Source: Terriglobia bacterium (GTDB lineage Bacteria > Acidobacteriota > Terriglobia > Bryobacterales > Bryobacteraceae). Taken from it: a DNA stretch of 64,000 bases. Under the pieces are notes generated by a model, which saw only the letters and a list, made by a program, of their open reading frames with translations, was not told where the DNA came from and made no database searches. Shown piece by piece: positions 26,548-36,500 of this stretch. Numbering within the stretch: the stretch's first letter is position 1; each line of letters opens with the position of its first letter. The translations under genes and the position numbers were made by a program. The stretch lies in the NCBI GenBank assembly GCA_963738555.1, contig CAVTXN010000032.1:25270-89269 (forward strand), written 5' to 3'.

Positions 26548-28200
26548 ATGCAAGACAGGAACGAAAAGGGCTTTGCACTTTACGACGATCTCCGGGAATC
26601 GGTGCGCGAAGACCTGACCAACGGAGGCGATCTCAACGATCTGTTTGGCGATCTTGAGGGCGCCCCAGCAGAGCTGCTGGAAGACTCCAAAGAATACGAG
26701 AAGAGAGGCGAAGAAATAGATGGCCTTTCTGATCTCGATCTTTCGCCGGGCGCTCTCGACAAGAACAATGATTCGGTTCGCATTTATCTTCGTGAAATGG
26801 GTATGGTGCCCCTTCTTACCCGAGAGGGCGAGATCGAGCTGGCAAAACGGATCGAACGCGGGGAAAAGGCCGTCCGAAAGGCATTATCCAGATCTCGCCT
26901 TGTCATTCAAACGATCCTCGAAACCAGAGAGGCGGTGGAGCGGGGCACTGTTTCGGTATTAGAGATCCTGCAGCCGGCGGATCCCCATGCCAACGAAGAG
27001 GAACAGGACGCGATCAATGAGCTTCACAAGCAGCTCGTCGACACGACGGACCAGGTGGAAAAGCTCTACCGGAAGGCGCAACATACTGCAGGAAAACTGG
27101 CCAGCACTTCGCGGAATTTGAAAGCAAAACAGCATCGAAAACTGCGTTTCGAATATGCCCGTCTGGCGATTCACATTTCCCGTAAGATCCGGATGCTGCC
27201 GTTCACTTCCCGTTATCAACGATTTCTAAGCCGAATATTAAAGAACGCGACGGAACAGCTGAAACCACTGGAACAGGAAATCGCAAGAGTACAAAACAAG
27301 TTGGAACAGCTGCCGCCTTCGGAATCCGCAACTGCAAGTGCCCTCCGAAAAGAGATGAAGTCGCTGTCTTCGCATTTACAAGCGCTGGAAGATCACTCGG
27401 GCAGTACTCTCAGCGAACTGCACAGGACCTTACAAATTTTAGATGGGGGCGAACTAGAATCGGATACCGCAAAGAAACGTTTGATCGAAGCTAATCTTCG
27501 CCTGGTGGTTTCCGTCGCAAAGCGATACACGAACCGTGGCATGCAATTTCTAGATCTGATTCAGGAAGGGAATATCGGTCTGATGCGCGCGGTCGATAAA
27601 TTCGACTACAAACGCGGCTACAAATTCTCTACTTATGCCACCTGGTGGGTACGGCAGGCAGTCACAAGAGCAATTGCTGATCAGGCACGAACGATTCGCA
27701 TTCCTGTTCACATGATCGAGACGATAAATAAGCTTGTACGATTGCAGCGAACCCTACTCCAAGAGCTCGGCCGCGAGGCGACCACGGAAGAGCTCGCGAC
27801 ACGCATGGAACTGACGCCCGGGAAGATCCGCCGCGTCTTACGGATAGCGCAGGAGCCAATCTCCTTGCAGACGCCGGTCGGCGAAGAGGAGGAATCGAAT
27901 CTCGGTGATTTTCTGGTTGATAGCCGGATGGTATCCCCTTCTGAAGCAGTAATCAATTTAAATCTGCGCGAGCAAACCGCTGAAGTTCTAAAGACGCTGA
28001 GCCCGCGCGAAGAGAAGATCGTGAAGATGCGCTTTGGTTTGCAGGATGGCAGCGAACATACCCTCGAAGAGGTAGGCCAGAATTTCGCCGTGACGCGCGA
28101 GCGCATTCGACAAATAGAAGCAAAAGCGCTCCGGAAACTGAGACATCCCAGCCGCAGCCACCGGCTGCGAAACTTCTTGGATAGCACCACGCCCATCTAG
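26548..28200 (+). CDS. rpoD: Primary RNA polymerase sigma factor (sigma-70)
   Basis: Regions 1.2, 2, 3 and 4 are all recognisable ([78 protein letters not shown]). Confidence 0.95.
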   Translation: MQDRNEKGFALYDDLRESVREDLTNGGDLNDLFGDLEGAPAELLEDSKEYEKRGEEIDGLSDLDLSPGALDKNNDSVRIYLREMGMVPLLTREGEIELAKRIERGEKAVRKALSRSRLVIQTILETREAVERGTVSVLEILQPADPHANEEEQDAINELHKQLVDTTDQVEKLYRKAQHTAGKLASTSRNLKAKQHRKLRFEYARLAIHISRKIRMLPFTSRYQRFLSRILKNATEQLKPLEQEIARVQNKLEQLPPSESATASALRKEMKSLSSHLQALEDHSGSTLSELHRTLQILDGGELESDTAKKRLIEANLRLVVSVAKRYTNRGMQFLDLIQEGNIGLMRAVDKFDYKRGYKFSTYATWWVRQAVTRAIADQARTIRIPVHMIETINKLVRLQRTLLQELGREATTEELATRMELTPGKIRRVLRIAQEPISLQTPVGEEEESNLGDFLVDSRMVSPSEAVINLNLREQTAEVLKTLSPREEKIVKMRFGLQDGSEHTLEEVGQNFAVTRERIRQIEAKALRKLRHPSRSHRLRNFLDSTTPI

Positions 28201-28219
28201 CTAGGGTTTCGGCGATCTC

Positions 28220-28942
28220 ATGCCCGACACGGAAATTGCCGTTCCCATCCCGGTTCATCCAGTCACTCCGCCACGAAAGGTTCCTAAGCCCAAGAACGCA
28301 GCAGAACGAAAGGCCCGGCTGGCACGAATTTTCAAAGAACTTGACGGGCTATATCCGAACGCCACCTGCGCTCTTCATCACAAAAATGCCTGGCAGCTAC
28401 TCGTCGCCACGATTCTCTCAGCTCAATGCACAGACGAGCGCGTGAATAAAGTGACGCCGGAGCTCTTCAAAAAGTATCCGACGATGCAGGATTTTGCCAA
28501 TGCCTCTCAGGACGAGCTGGCGCGCGACATTCGCTCAACGGGATTCTTTAACAATAAAGCGCGCTCGTTAATCGGAGCAGCACGCAAGATAATCGCTGAC
28601 TACAAAGGACAGGTGCCCCGCTCCATGGATGAATTGCTCAAAGTGCCTGGAGCAGCCCGAAAAACATCGAATGTTGTGCTCGGAACAGCGTATGGCATCG
28701 CGTCCGGCGTGGTGGTCGATACTCACGTCCAACGGATTTCTCAGCGTCTCGATCTCACCAGGAACAACGATCCAGTGAAAATCGAACAGGATCTGATGAA
28801 GATCATCCCTCAGGACCGTTGGGTTCTCTTTGCGCATCAGACCATTCACTTTGGCCGCCAGATTTGTATTGCGCGCAAACCCAGGTGCTCGTCCTGTCCT
28901 TTGGATCCGCTCTGTTATGCCAAGGACAAGACACTGGTATGA
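28220..28942 (+). CDS. nth: Endonuclease III (HhH-GPD DNA glycosylase, 4Fe-4S)
   Basis: HhH-GPD motif LLKVPGAARKTSNVVL...VDTHV. C-terminal cluster C-x6-C-x2-C-x5-C (CIARKPRCSSCPLDPLC). Confidence 0.9.
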   Translation: MPDTEIAVPIPVHPVTPPRKVPKPKNAAERKARLARIFKELDGLYPNATCALHHKNAWQLLVATILSAQCTDERVNKVTPELFKKYPTMQDFANASQDELARDIRSTGFFNNKARSLIGAARKIIADYKGQVPRSMDELLKVPGAARKTSNVVLGTAYGIASGVVVDTHVQRISQRLDLTRNNDPVKIEQDLMKIIPQDRWVLFAHQTIHFGRQICIARKPRCSSCPLDPLCYAKDKTLV

Positions 28943-29000
28943 GGACGCGACCCGCGCAACACGATCCGTATTTCACCGGTTGTTTGAGGTAAGAATATCG

Positions 29001-29951
29001 TTGCCTCGACTTTACCTAGGCGTTGACGGCGGACAGTCCAGCACTACGGCGATCATTGCGAATCAAGACGGACAAGTACTCGGCGTGGGCCGCAGCGGCC
29101 CCTGCAACCACGTTAGCGGAGATGAAGCAAGAGAGAAGTTTCTGCGAGTGATGAAGCAGTGTCTTTCGCAAGCGATCTCGAGCGCCGGCCTGGATCTGAA
29201 TTCATCGTGTTTTGCTTCAGCTTGCCTGGGCTTCAGCGGCGGCACGGAAGACAAAACATCGTATTCCAGAGATCTGATTCGCAGCAGCCGGTTAAAGATT
29301 ACGCATGATGCCGAGATCGCGCTTATCGGAGCTACCGAAGGCGCACCCGGCATCATAGTGATTGCCGGAACCGGATCGATTGCATTCGGCCGCAATACCG
29401 AAGGGCGCACGGCTCGCGCCGGAGGTTGGGGTTACATTTTCGGGGATGAAGGGGGCGCTTTTGACATGGTTCGCCGTGGCCTGCGCGCTGCACTGCAATT
29501 CGAAGAAGGTTGGGGTCCCGCAACCAGCCTGCATGAAAAAATGCTTGAGCATACCAAGGCCGACACAGCCAATCAGCTGATGCATCGCTGGTATGCGGAG
29601 CACCCGCGCCAGGCAATAGCGGAACTCGCACCGTTAATAACAGGAGCCGCCGAAACAGGCGACGCCGTCGCGCAGAACATACTGAACGAAGCGGCGCGGG
29701 CTTTGAGCTGGTATGTGGAGGGCGTGTATCGCAACCTGTTTCCGAAACACGAGACAATCCCGGTAGCTCATATTGGCGGGGTGTTCAAAAGTAGCTCGAT
29801 TCGACTGGCTTTCGCCGAGCAGGTTCAGAGGAGAATCCAATGCAACGTGACACGCCCCAAACTCAGTCCTGCCGCGGGTGCAGTACTCGAAGCGCTGCGT
29901 ATGGACGGAAACGCATCAACATTGACGGATGTACCTGAAACCAAAACATGA
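29001..29951 (+). CDS. BadF/BadG/BcrA/BcrD-type ATPase (N-acetylglucosamine kinase-like)
   Basis: Motifs LYLGVDGGQSST and VIAGTGS. There is no in-frame ATG after the nth stop. The proposed start is TTG 29001 (alternative TTG 28980). The ORF-track start at 28830 lies inside nth. Confidence 0.65.
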   Translation: MPRLYLGVDGGQSSTTAIIANQDGQVLGVGRSGPCNHVSGDEAREKFLRVMKQCLSQAISSAGLDLNSSCFASACLGFSGGTEDKTSYSRDLIRSSRLKITHDAEIALIGATEGAPGIIVIAGTGSIAFGRNTEGRTARAGGWGYIFGDEGGAFDMVRRGLRAALQFEEGWGPATSLHEKMLEHTKADTANQLMHRWYAEHPRQAIAELAPLITGAAETGDAVAQNILNEAARALSWYVEGVYRNLFPKHETIPVAHIGGVFKSSSIRLAFAEQVQRRIQCNVTRPKLSPAAGAVLEALRMDGNASTLTDVPETKT

Positions 29952-31276
29952 AGCTTCTTCAAATTATTATTTGCGCCTTTTTGTTGTGCGAATTCGCGAA
30001 TGCCGCCGAACCGGATTGGCCGCGAGTGGACGAACACGCCATAAGTCTCCTGCAACACTATGTTCAAATCAAGAGCGTCAACCCGCCTGCAAATACGAGT
30101 GAGGCCGCACAATTCCTCCAAGCCGAGTTCGCCAAATTTGGCCTGCATGCGGAACTATTCAAGAGTGATGGTGACAGTAAGACAAACCTGCTCGTAAAGC
30201 TGCCTGGAAGAGACTCGTCCAAAGGTTCTCTCGTGTTGTTAAATCACATGGACGTAGTTCCAGCCGATGCGTCTCGTTGGAAGCACGACCCTTTCGGGGG
30301 CCAGATCGAAGCGGGTGAAATGTGGGGACGAGGATCGCTCGATATGAAGAGCACGGCGGTCATGCAGCTAACGGCCCTGACTCTCTTGAAGCAGCTCGGT
30401 ATCGTTCCCTCCCGCGACATCATATTTTTGGCCGACTGCGACGAAGAGACGGGCGGATCTGATGGCGCCGCGTGGATGATTCAACATCACTGGGACGAAC
30501 TCAATCCGGCGTACGTGCTCGACGAGGGCGGAGTAGGATCGCGTGATGCTTACATCCCGGGTAAGTTAGTGTTCGGTATATCGGTAGCCGAGAAGCAGGT
30601 GCTTTGGTTGCGGCTGCGCGCACAAGGGACCTCCGGACACGGCTCCCAGCCAATACCCGACAATGCCAACGACTTGCTAATGCGAGCGATCACTGAGGCT
30701 AAGCGGTTTCCTCCAGCCATGAAACCGAACGCGTTAGTCGCGAAGATGCGAGATGAGCTGGGGGGCTTCGCTTCCAACAAGTTTATGAATGCAATACAAC
30801 AAGACACGATCTCTGTCACGTCGCTGCGCAGCGGTGTGGGCGAGCCGCCCAAAGCCAACGTGATTCCCTCACTCGCCGAAGCAACTCTTGATTGTCGTTT
30901 ATTGCCGGGTGAGAACGCCGATGAATTCATCTCCGGTATGAAAGCGCGCATTAACGATTCGCATATCACTGTAGAACGGATTTCCCGCAAGCCCGACGAC
31001 GCGCAGGCCAGCAGAAGCGACACACCGCTCTTCGGGGCGCTTCGATCGGCTATAGAGAAGGAAAATCCGGGAGCTACGGTAGCGCCCATCATTATTCCCT
31101 ACGGCACGGATGGCCAAAAGTTTCGAATGCGGAACGTGCAAACATATGGGCTCATGCCGATGACAATTGACCTAACGACGCTCGGCACGATGCACAGCGA
31201 CAGCGAACACATACCGCTAGACCAATTCAGAAAGGGATTGCGTTTCTATTTTGATATCCTCAGCTCTGATTTTTGA
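29948..31276 (+). CDS. M20-family metallopeptidase (ArgE/DapE/CPG2-like) with Sec signal
   Basis: Signal peptide MKLLQIIICAFLLCEFANA. Motifs LLNHMDVVP, GRGSLDMK and DEETGG. Its ATGA start overlaps the upstream gene. Confidence 0.8.
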   Translation: MKLLQIIICAFLLCEFANAAEPDWPRVDEHAISLLQHYVQIKSVNPPANTSEAAQFLQAEFAKFGLHAELFKSDGDSKTNLLVKLPGRDSSKGSLVLLNHMDVVPADASRWKHDPFGGQIEAGEMWGRGSLDMKSTAVMQLTALTLLKQLGIVPSRDIIFLADCDEETGGSDGAAWMIQHHWDELNPAYVLDEGGVGSRDAYIPGKLVFGISVAEKQVLWLRLRAQGTSGHGSQPIPDNANDLLMRAITEAKRFPPAMKPNALVAKMRDELGGFASNKFMNAIQQDTISVTSLRSGVGEPPKANVIPSLAEATLDCRLLPGENADEFISGMKARINDSHITVERISRKPDDAQASRSDTPLFGALRSAIEKENPGATVAPIIIPYGTDGQKFRMRNVQTYGLMPMTIDLTTLGTMHSDSEHIPLDQFRKGLRFYFDILSSDF

Positions 31277-31279
31277 TCT

Positions 31280-32998
31280 TTATCGGACCTGTGCAGGTTC
31301 GGAATCACTCCTCTCGGCCATCGACGAAGCACCGTTTTGGCCTCCAAAAGCCAAGAACGGGTGAGCCGGCGCTTTCTGCTGGGCATCGACCGAAACGTTG
31401 TACTCTTCCTGAATCGGAACGGCCAAACCGATTCCGAGCCGATACGAGGCCTCCAGAATCTGCAGCAGCAGGTCTGACTGAACCTTCAGGAATTGATTGG
31501 AGTCAGGTGTCAGTACGTAGGCGAAAATGTCAAGGTCGAGTGTCTGGTCGGTAATCTTTGAAAATCGCAACGGCACGCCGGAAGCGTCGACCATCTCGTG
31601 CTTTGCCAGAATCTGGGTGATCTCCTCCATCATTTGCCGGACCTGGTCCGGGCTGGTGTCGCGGCGTAGGCGAATTGTGGGATGGAACCACATGCGATCG
31701 CGCTTCGAGTAATTTTCGAGCGTCATTGTAGAAAACTGGGAATTTGGAACAGTTACAACTGTGCGGTCAAGAGTTCGGATTCGAGTGGAGCGCAGGCCGA
31801 TATCTTCTACCGTTCCGACCTGGCCTCCAAATTGGCAGAAGTCTCCAACCAGTACCGCTCGATCACTGAGCAGGGAGACACCGCCGAAGAGATTTTCGAT
31901 CGTCTTCTGAGCGGCAAGAGCGACAGCGATGCCTCCCACTCCAAGTCCGGCAAGAATCGTATTCGTGTTGTAGCCCCACTGCTGCAGAACAATGAGGACA
32001 GCAAAACCGAATATGAGAATTTTGATAAAGCGAATGACGAGCGGGAATACCGAGTATGTTAATGCTCGCTCACGATGATCAAGTCGCGAAATCACGTTGT
32101 CGGAGAAAACGTCAACCAGCCTCATCAGAAGCGCTGCCGCTCCAAGCATGAAGAGCAGCGTGAGCAGCTTCAACAAATCGTCACGCAAAAGCGCGCTCGG
32201 CGCTATGAACGCCAGACACGCTCGAAAAACGATAACGGACAATATCAGGCGCAAGGGCTCCATAAGCGCTTCGAGCCGTTGTGCCTGGAAGGACTTTACG
32301 TACCGTCTGGTAATCGGCTTTACGGCCGCGATAAACAAGCGCGACAGCCACTTGGAGATGGCCGAGAGAATAGCCGCCACCAAAACAAGCGAGAGCCAAA
32401 CCCAAAGCGGCGTGCCGAGCAGTGTGGTGTCAACCAGCACAGCCGGTAAATGTTTTTCCAGCGTGTTCTGCTCGATCAAACTGCTCAGATCTGGAATTTT
32501 TGCCACGCTGTCTGATGAGACCAGCCAGATCCAGCCAGCCGGCTGCTGATTCACGCGCTCCAGGTTCAGCACCACGGGCTCTCCCTCTAGTTCGAAGGTG
32601 GCGAGCTGATCCACATTTGCCGTCAGGCCGTCATTGCTGTTGCCCTCGGGTGAATCGCTCAGTGCTCTCACTTCAAACCGCGGATTCCGATCGAGCAGTT
32701 TCCCCAATTGCCGGGCAAGCTCCGGGCCTTGCGAGGCCCGTTGCTGAGCACTCAGTTTGCTCAGGTTCAGGTATCGAGCCGCAATGTCGTACTTGCCTTT
32801 ATGACAGGCCTCGAGAAAGCGGTAAATCGCACTGTGGGGCGTGGTTCGGCCAAGCGGATCAGACGAAGTCGTGGGAGTAGCAGAATTCTGTCCTTTGTCG
32901 CTGCTCAGCAGGCTACCTAGCGATTGAGCAGCCGCATTGTGAGTCGCAACCGAGAGAACGCAGGTGAAGAAGACGAGAATTCTGATTAATCGAAACAT
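31280..32998 (-). CDS. Mechanosensitive ion channel family protein (MscS-like) with N-terminal periplasmic domain
   Basis: Signal peptide, multiple TM helices, then the MscS core (IENLFGGVSLLSDRAVLVGDFCQFGGQVGTVEDIGLRSTRIRT.DRTVVTVPNS). Confidence 0.85.
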   Translation of the reverse strand: MFRLIRILVFFTCVLSVATHNAAAQSLGSLLSSDKGQNSATPTTSSDPLGRTTPHSAIYRFLEACHKGKYDIAARYLNLSKLSAQQRASQGPELARQLGKLLDRNPRFEVRALSDSPEGNSNDGLTANVDQLATFELEGEPVVLNLERVNQQPAGWIWLVSSDSVAKIPDLSSLIEQNTLEKHLPAVLVDTTLLGTPLWVWLSLVLVAAILSAISKWLSRLFIAAVKPITRRYVKSFQAQRLEALMEPLRLILSVIVFRACLAFIAPSALLRDDLLKLLTLLFMLGAAALLMRLVDVFSDNVISRLDHRERALTYSVFPLVIRFIKILIFGFAVLIVLQQWGYNTNTILAGLGVGGIAVALAAQKTIENLFGGVSLLSDRAVLVGDFCQFGGQVGTVEDIGLRSTRIRTLDRTVVTVPNSQFSTMTLENYSKRDRMWFHPTIRLRRDTSPDQVRQMMEEITQILAKHEMVDASGVPLRFSKITDQTLDLDIFAYVLTPDSNQFLKVQSDLLLQILEASYRLGIGLAVPIQEEYNVSVDAQQKAPAHPFLAFGGQNGASSMAERSDSEPAQVR

Positions 32999-33190
32999 GC
33001 CTATTCAACCAGACTAACGAGTTTCGCGGCCAGTTTCAGCAGCCGTCAACGCGCGATCAGTCACAGCCTGGGACCAATTACGGATAGCGCATCCAAATAG
33101 CTTAGTATCAGTCACTTGGGCGATGTTATGTGAGACACCAATTTAACCGAAAATCGCTACTCACGAACTATATTCTGGCCGGGAGTAAGA

Positions 33191-34735
33191 ATGATACCTT
33201 CGCACTTACAATTGGCAGGGAGCGGGCGCCAGCATCCGAGAAATTCGGTTTCAGGAGGCGAGCTCGCACTCAACGAAGATATTCAAATCACATTGGTGCT
33301 TCGTCGAAAGCAGAATGCACCGACCGCAGAGTCAATCAAAGAACATCTATCACATGAAGAACTGGCGACCGTTCACGGCGCGGACGTTGACGACATTGCC
33401 GCCGTCGAGTCGTTTGCGCGTGAACATCAACTTTCGGTCACACGGGTTCATCAAGGAGCCCGTACAATCCAGATTGCGGGCAAACTGGGCAAGCTGGCCG
33501 ATTTGTTTCGGGCTGATGTTCGCCTGTCGCTTGTGGGCGCAGATGCATACAGAACTCAACAGGGCTTTCTACAGATCCCACAGAGTCTCGCTGGAATTGT
33601 TGTCGCTGTGCTTGGCTTTGACGAGCGCCCGGCCGCGGCGACTTCTCGCAGAATTCATAAACGTACATCAACCGCTACCGCGTACGCACCGACTGAAATC
33701 GCCAAGCTGTACAACTTTCCCACCAACACTGGCAGCGGGCAAACGATCGCTCTGATCGAGCTCGGCGGTGGATATCGAGAGAGCGATCTGGAGACTTACT
33801 GGAAGCAGATTGGTGTAGCCGATGTTTCCGTAACGGCGGTTGCCGTCGATGGCATAACCAATGCGCCGTCGGGAGATCCTGACAGCGAAGATGGAGAAGT
33901 GGTATTAGACATCGAGGTCGCTGGAGCAGTTGCTCCGGGGGCAAATCTCGCTGTTTATTTTGCCCCGAACACGGATGCCGGCTTTCTGGACGCGATTAAC
34001 AGCGCGATTCACGACAAGGTCCGCAAGCCATCCGTGATTTCCATCAGTTGGGGATCGGCGGAGGGCGAATGGGAGCCGCAGTCAATGAATGCCTTCAATT
34101 CGGCTTTTCATGATGCAGCGCTCCTTGGGATTTCAATCTGCGTGGCTGCAGGTGACAACGGGTCCTCCGATGGCGAGCGAGACCGGCACAATCACGTCGA
34201 CTTCCCCGCTTCGAGCCCGTGGGTGATAGCGTGTGGCGGGACCAGATTGATTGGCGCCGGCGGCACAATCACGTCCGAGACTGTTTGGAACGACGGGACA
34301 GATGGCGGCGCGACCGGAGGTGGAGTCAGTTCGTATTTTCCGAAGCCGTCTTTTCAATCTACGGTGAACGTGCCGCATCCTTCCAGCGGATCCAATTCGA
34401 CCGGGCGCGGCGTTCCGGATGTGGCGGGAGTGGCCGATCCCGAAAGCGGTTACAAGGTGCTGGTCGACGGGGAGGAAAGCGTGGTGGGCGGCACGAGCGC
34501 AGTTGCGCCCCTTTGGGCCGGGCTCATTGCGCTCTGCAACCAGGAACTCGGGAAAAATCTCGGCTGGTTCAATCCGACGCTTTACGGCACGGTGGCGCAG
34601 CACAAGGTACTGCACGACATCACTTCGGGAACAAACGGCGCATTTCATTCCGCGACAGGCTGGGATTGCTGCACCGGTCTCGGCACTCCAAACGGGATGG
34701 CACTTTTGAACCTGCTGAAGCAGAATTCAAAGTAG
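33191..34735 (+). CDS. S53 (sedolisin/kumamolisin-like) peptidase, paralogue of 15393-17027
   Basis: Same architecture and motifs as the first copy (DGEVVLDIEV, SISWG, AAGDNGS, GGTSAVAPLWAGL). Confidence 0.85.
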   Translation: MIPSHLQLAGSGRQHPRNSVSGGELALNEDIQITLVLRRKQNAPTAESIKEHLSHEELATVHGADVDDIAAVESFAREHQLSVTRVHQGARTIQIAGKLGKLADLFRADVRLSLVGADAYRTQQGFLQIPQSLAGIVVAVLGFDERPAAATSRRIHKRTSTATAYAPTEIAKLYNFPTNTGSGQTIALIELGGGYRESDLETYWKQIGVADVSVTAVAVDGITNAPSGDPDSEDGEVVLDIEVAGAVAPGANLAVYFAPNTDAGFLDAINSAIHDKVRKPSVISISWGSAEGEWEPQSMNAFNSAFHDAALLGISICVAAGDNGSSDGERDRHNHVDFPASSPWVIACGGTRLIGAGGTITSETVWNDGTDGGATGGGVSSYFPKPSFQSTVNVPHPSSGSNSTGRGVPDVAGVADPESGYKVLVDGEESVVGGTSAVAPLWAGLIALCNQELGKNLGWFNPTLYGTVAQHKVLHDITSGTNGAFHSATGWDCCTGLGTPNGMALLNLLKQNSK

Positions 34736-34744
34736 GCCTCGGAC

Positions 34745-35437
34745 TCAGCGGGATGCGGCTAGCTGCGTCTCGCTGAGTTCCTCCAGAATCGCTTCGTATG
34801 CCGCGCGAGGATTCGCGGCGCGTGTTACCTGCCGTCCAATGACCAGAAAATCCGCGCCATTTCGTACGGCCTCCGCGGGTGTAGAGACTCGCTTCTGATC
34901 CCCCTGTGATGCGCCGGCCGAGCGCACCCCGGGCGTAACCAATTTCAAATCCGGACCGCCTATCTGCCTCACGCTTGCAACTTCGAGGGGCGAACAAACG
35001 ACTCCATCCATGCCACTCTCGACCGCTTTTCTGACGCGGAGGGCAACCAACTCCGATAGCGGCACGGTGTAACCAAGATCTGCCAGGTCATCCTGATCAA
35101 AGCTCGTCAATACGGTAACAGCAAGAAGCTTGACGGCCGTTGCTCCTCGGCCCTCTGCGGCGGCACGCATCACCGCTCGACTGCCATGCACGGTAAGAAA
35201 CTGGACTGCGCCGCTGCTACAGATTCGTCGCGTTGCGCGTTTGACGGTCTCGCCGATATCGTACAATTTCAGATCCAGGAACACGTTTTTCCCCAAGGCA
35301 CGTACTTGTGAAACAAACTCCATGCCTCCGATGGCGTACAGTTCCATGCCGATTTTGTAGAAACCTGCACGAGGACCCAAGTCATTTATCAACGTGAGTG
35401 CCTCCTCGACAGTATCCACGTCCAGCGCGACGATCAA
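34745..35437 (-). CDS. pyrF: Orotidine 5'-phosphate decarboxylase
   Basis: Motifs IVALDV, FLDLKLYDIGETV and a C-terminal VIGRQV. TTG start 18 nt after the selD stop. Confidence 0.85.
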   Translation of the reverse strand: MIVALDVDTVEEALTLINDLGPRAGFYKIGMELYAIGGMEFVSQVRALGKNVFLDLKLYDIGETVKRATRRICSSGAVQFLTVHGSRAVMRAAAEGRGATAVKLLAVTVLTSFDQDDLADLGYTVPLSELVALRVRKAVESGMDGVVCSPLEVASVRQIGGPDLKLVTPGVRSAGASQGDQKRVSTPAEAVRNGADFLVIGRQVTRAANPRAAYEAILEELSETQLAASR

Positions 35438-35455
35438 AGGGTTTTCGGCAGGACA

Positions 35456-36490
35456 TTACGCTTTCACCTCGAGGGGCTTCGTTTTTCTCTCTGTTACCTT
35501 ACCAATTCTGTAAGCGCCCGGGAGTTGCTCAAGCAGCCTCGAAGCACTGCTCTCAGGAAGAGAGATCAGGAACCCGCCTGAAGTTTGGGGATCGTAGAGA
35601 AGCGCTTCGATCTCCGCAGGGATAGCAGCTGACATCTGCACACAGCTTGCCACAAAATCACGATTATTGTTCAGACCGCCGGAATGAGCGCCGGCTTGCG
35701 AATACTCGATTGCGCCGGGAAGGTAACGAACGGAGCTTGCGACGATCTGCAGAGTGACATCGCTGGCCAGCGCCATTTCACGTGCGTGTCCGAGAAGGCC
35801 GAACCCGGTCACGTCGGTAGCGCCATGAGCGCCACAGGCCAGCATCGCTTCGGAAGCAGCACGATTTAGCTGCAGCATTTGGGCGATGGAGCTATCGATA
35901 TGCGCTTGCTCCGCGATGCCCTTCTTGAGCGCGGTTGAGATGACGCCAGTTCCGATTTGCTTGGTGAAGACGAGAGCGTCGCCCGGTTGCGCACCCGAGT
36001 TTTTTATTATTCGACGCGGGTCAATCAGTCCGGTTACCGCGTAGCCGAATTTCACCTCGTCTTCTGAGATGCTGTGGCCACCTAAAATCACGCAGTTTGC
36101 TTCATGAATTTTGTCGGCGCCGCCTCGCAGAATCGCTTCGAGATCCTGGATATCCCCCTTCCCGGGGTATACGACCAGCGATAGCGCGGTGACTGGGTAT
36201 CCGCCCATCGCGTAGATGTCGCTCAGGGCGTTGGCGGCCGCGATGCCGCCAAACTGATACGGGTCATCAACAATAGGGGTGAAGAAATCGACAGTCTGCA
36301 CCATAGCCAGGGGCTTGCCTCCGGCTTCCGTAAGGTCGTACACACCGGCATCATCCGCGGTTTCGTATCCAACGAGAACTTTGTCGTTGGTGACGCGTGG
36401 GATTGCTTTCAGCGCCCGGTCGAGGATGCGCGGGCTCAGCTTGGACGCACATCCTCCGGCTTTGACATTAGCAGTCAATTTGGTGGCCAT
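35456..36490 (-). CDS. selD: Selenide, water dikinase (selenophosphate synthetase), Cys-type
   Basis: N-terminal GGCASKLSP aligns with E. coli GCGCKISP (Cys17 and Lys20 equivalents retained). It has the PurM-like fold motifs DDAGVY and the glycine-rich C-terminal half. Confidence 0.9.
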   Translation of the reverse strand: MATKLTANVKAGGCASKLSPRILDRALKAIPRVTNDKVLVGYETADDAGVYDLTEAGGKPLAMVQTVDFFTPIVDDPYQFGGIAAANALSDIYAMGGYPVTALSLVVYPGKGDIQDLEAILRGGADKIHEANCVILGGHSISEDEVKFGYAVTGLIDPRRIIKNSGAQPGDALVFTKQIGTGVISTALKKGIAEQAHIDSSIAQMLQLNRAASEAMLACGAHGATDVTGFGLLGHAREMALASDVTLQIVASSVRYLPGAIEYSQAGAHSGGLNNNRDFVASCVQMSAAIPAEIEALLYDPQTSGGFLISLPESSASRLLEQLPGAYRIGKVTERKTKPLEVKA

Positions 36491-36500
36491 CAGTAACAGT

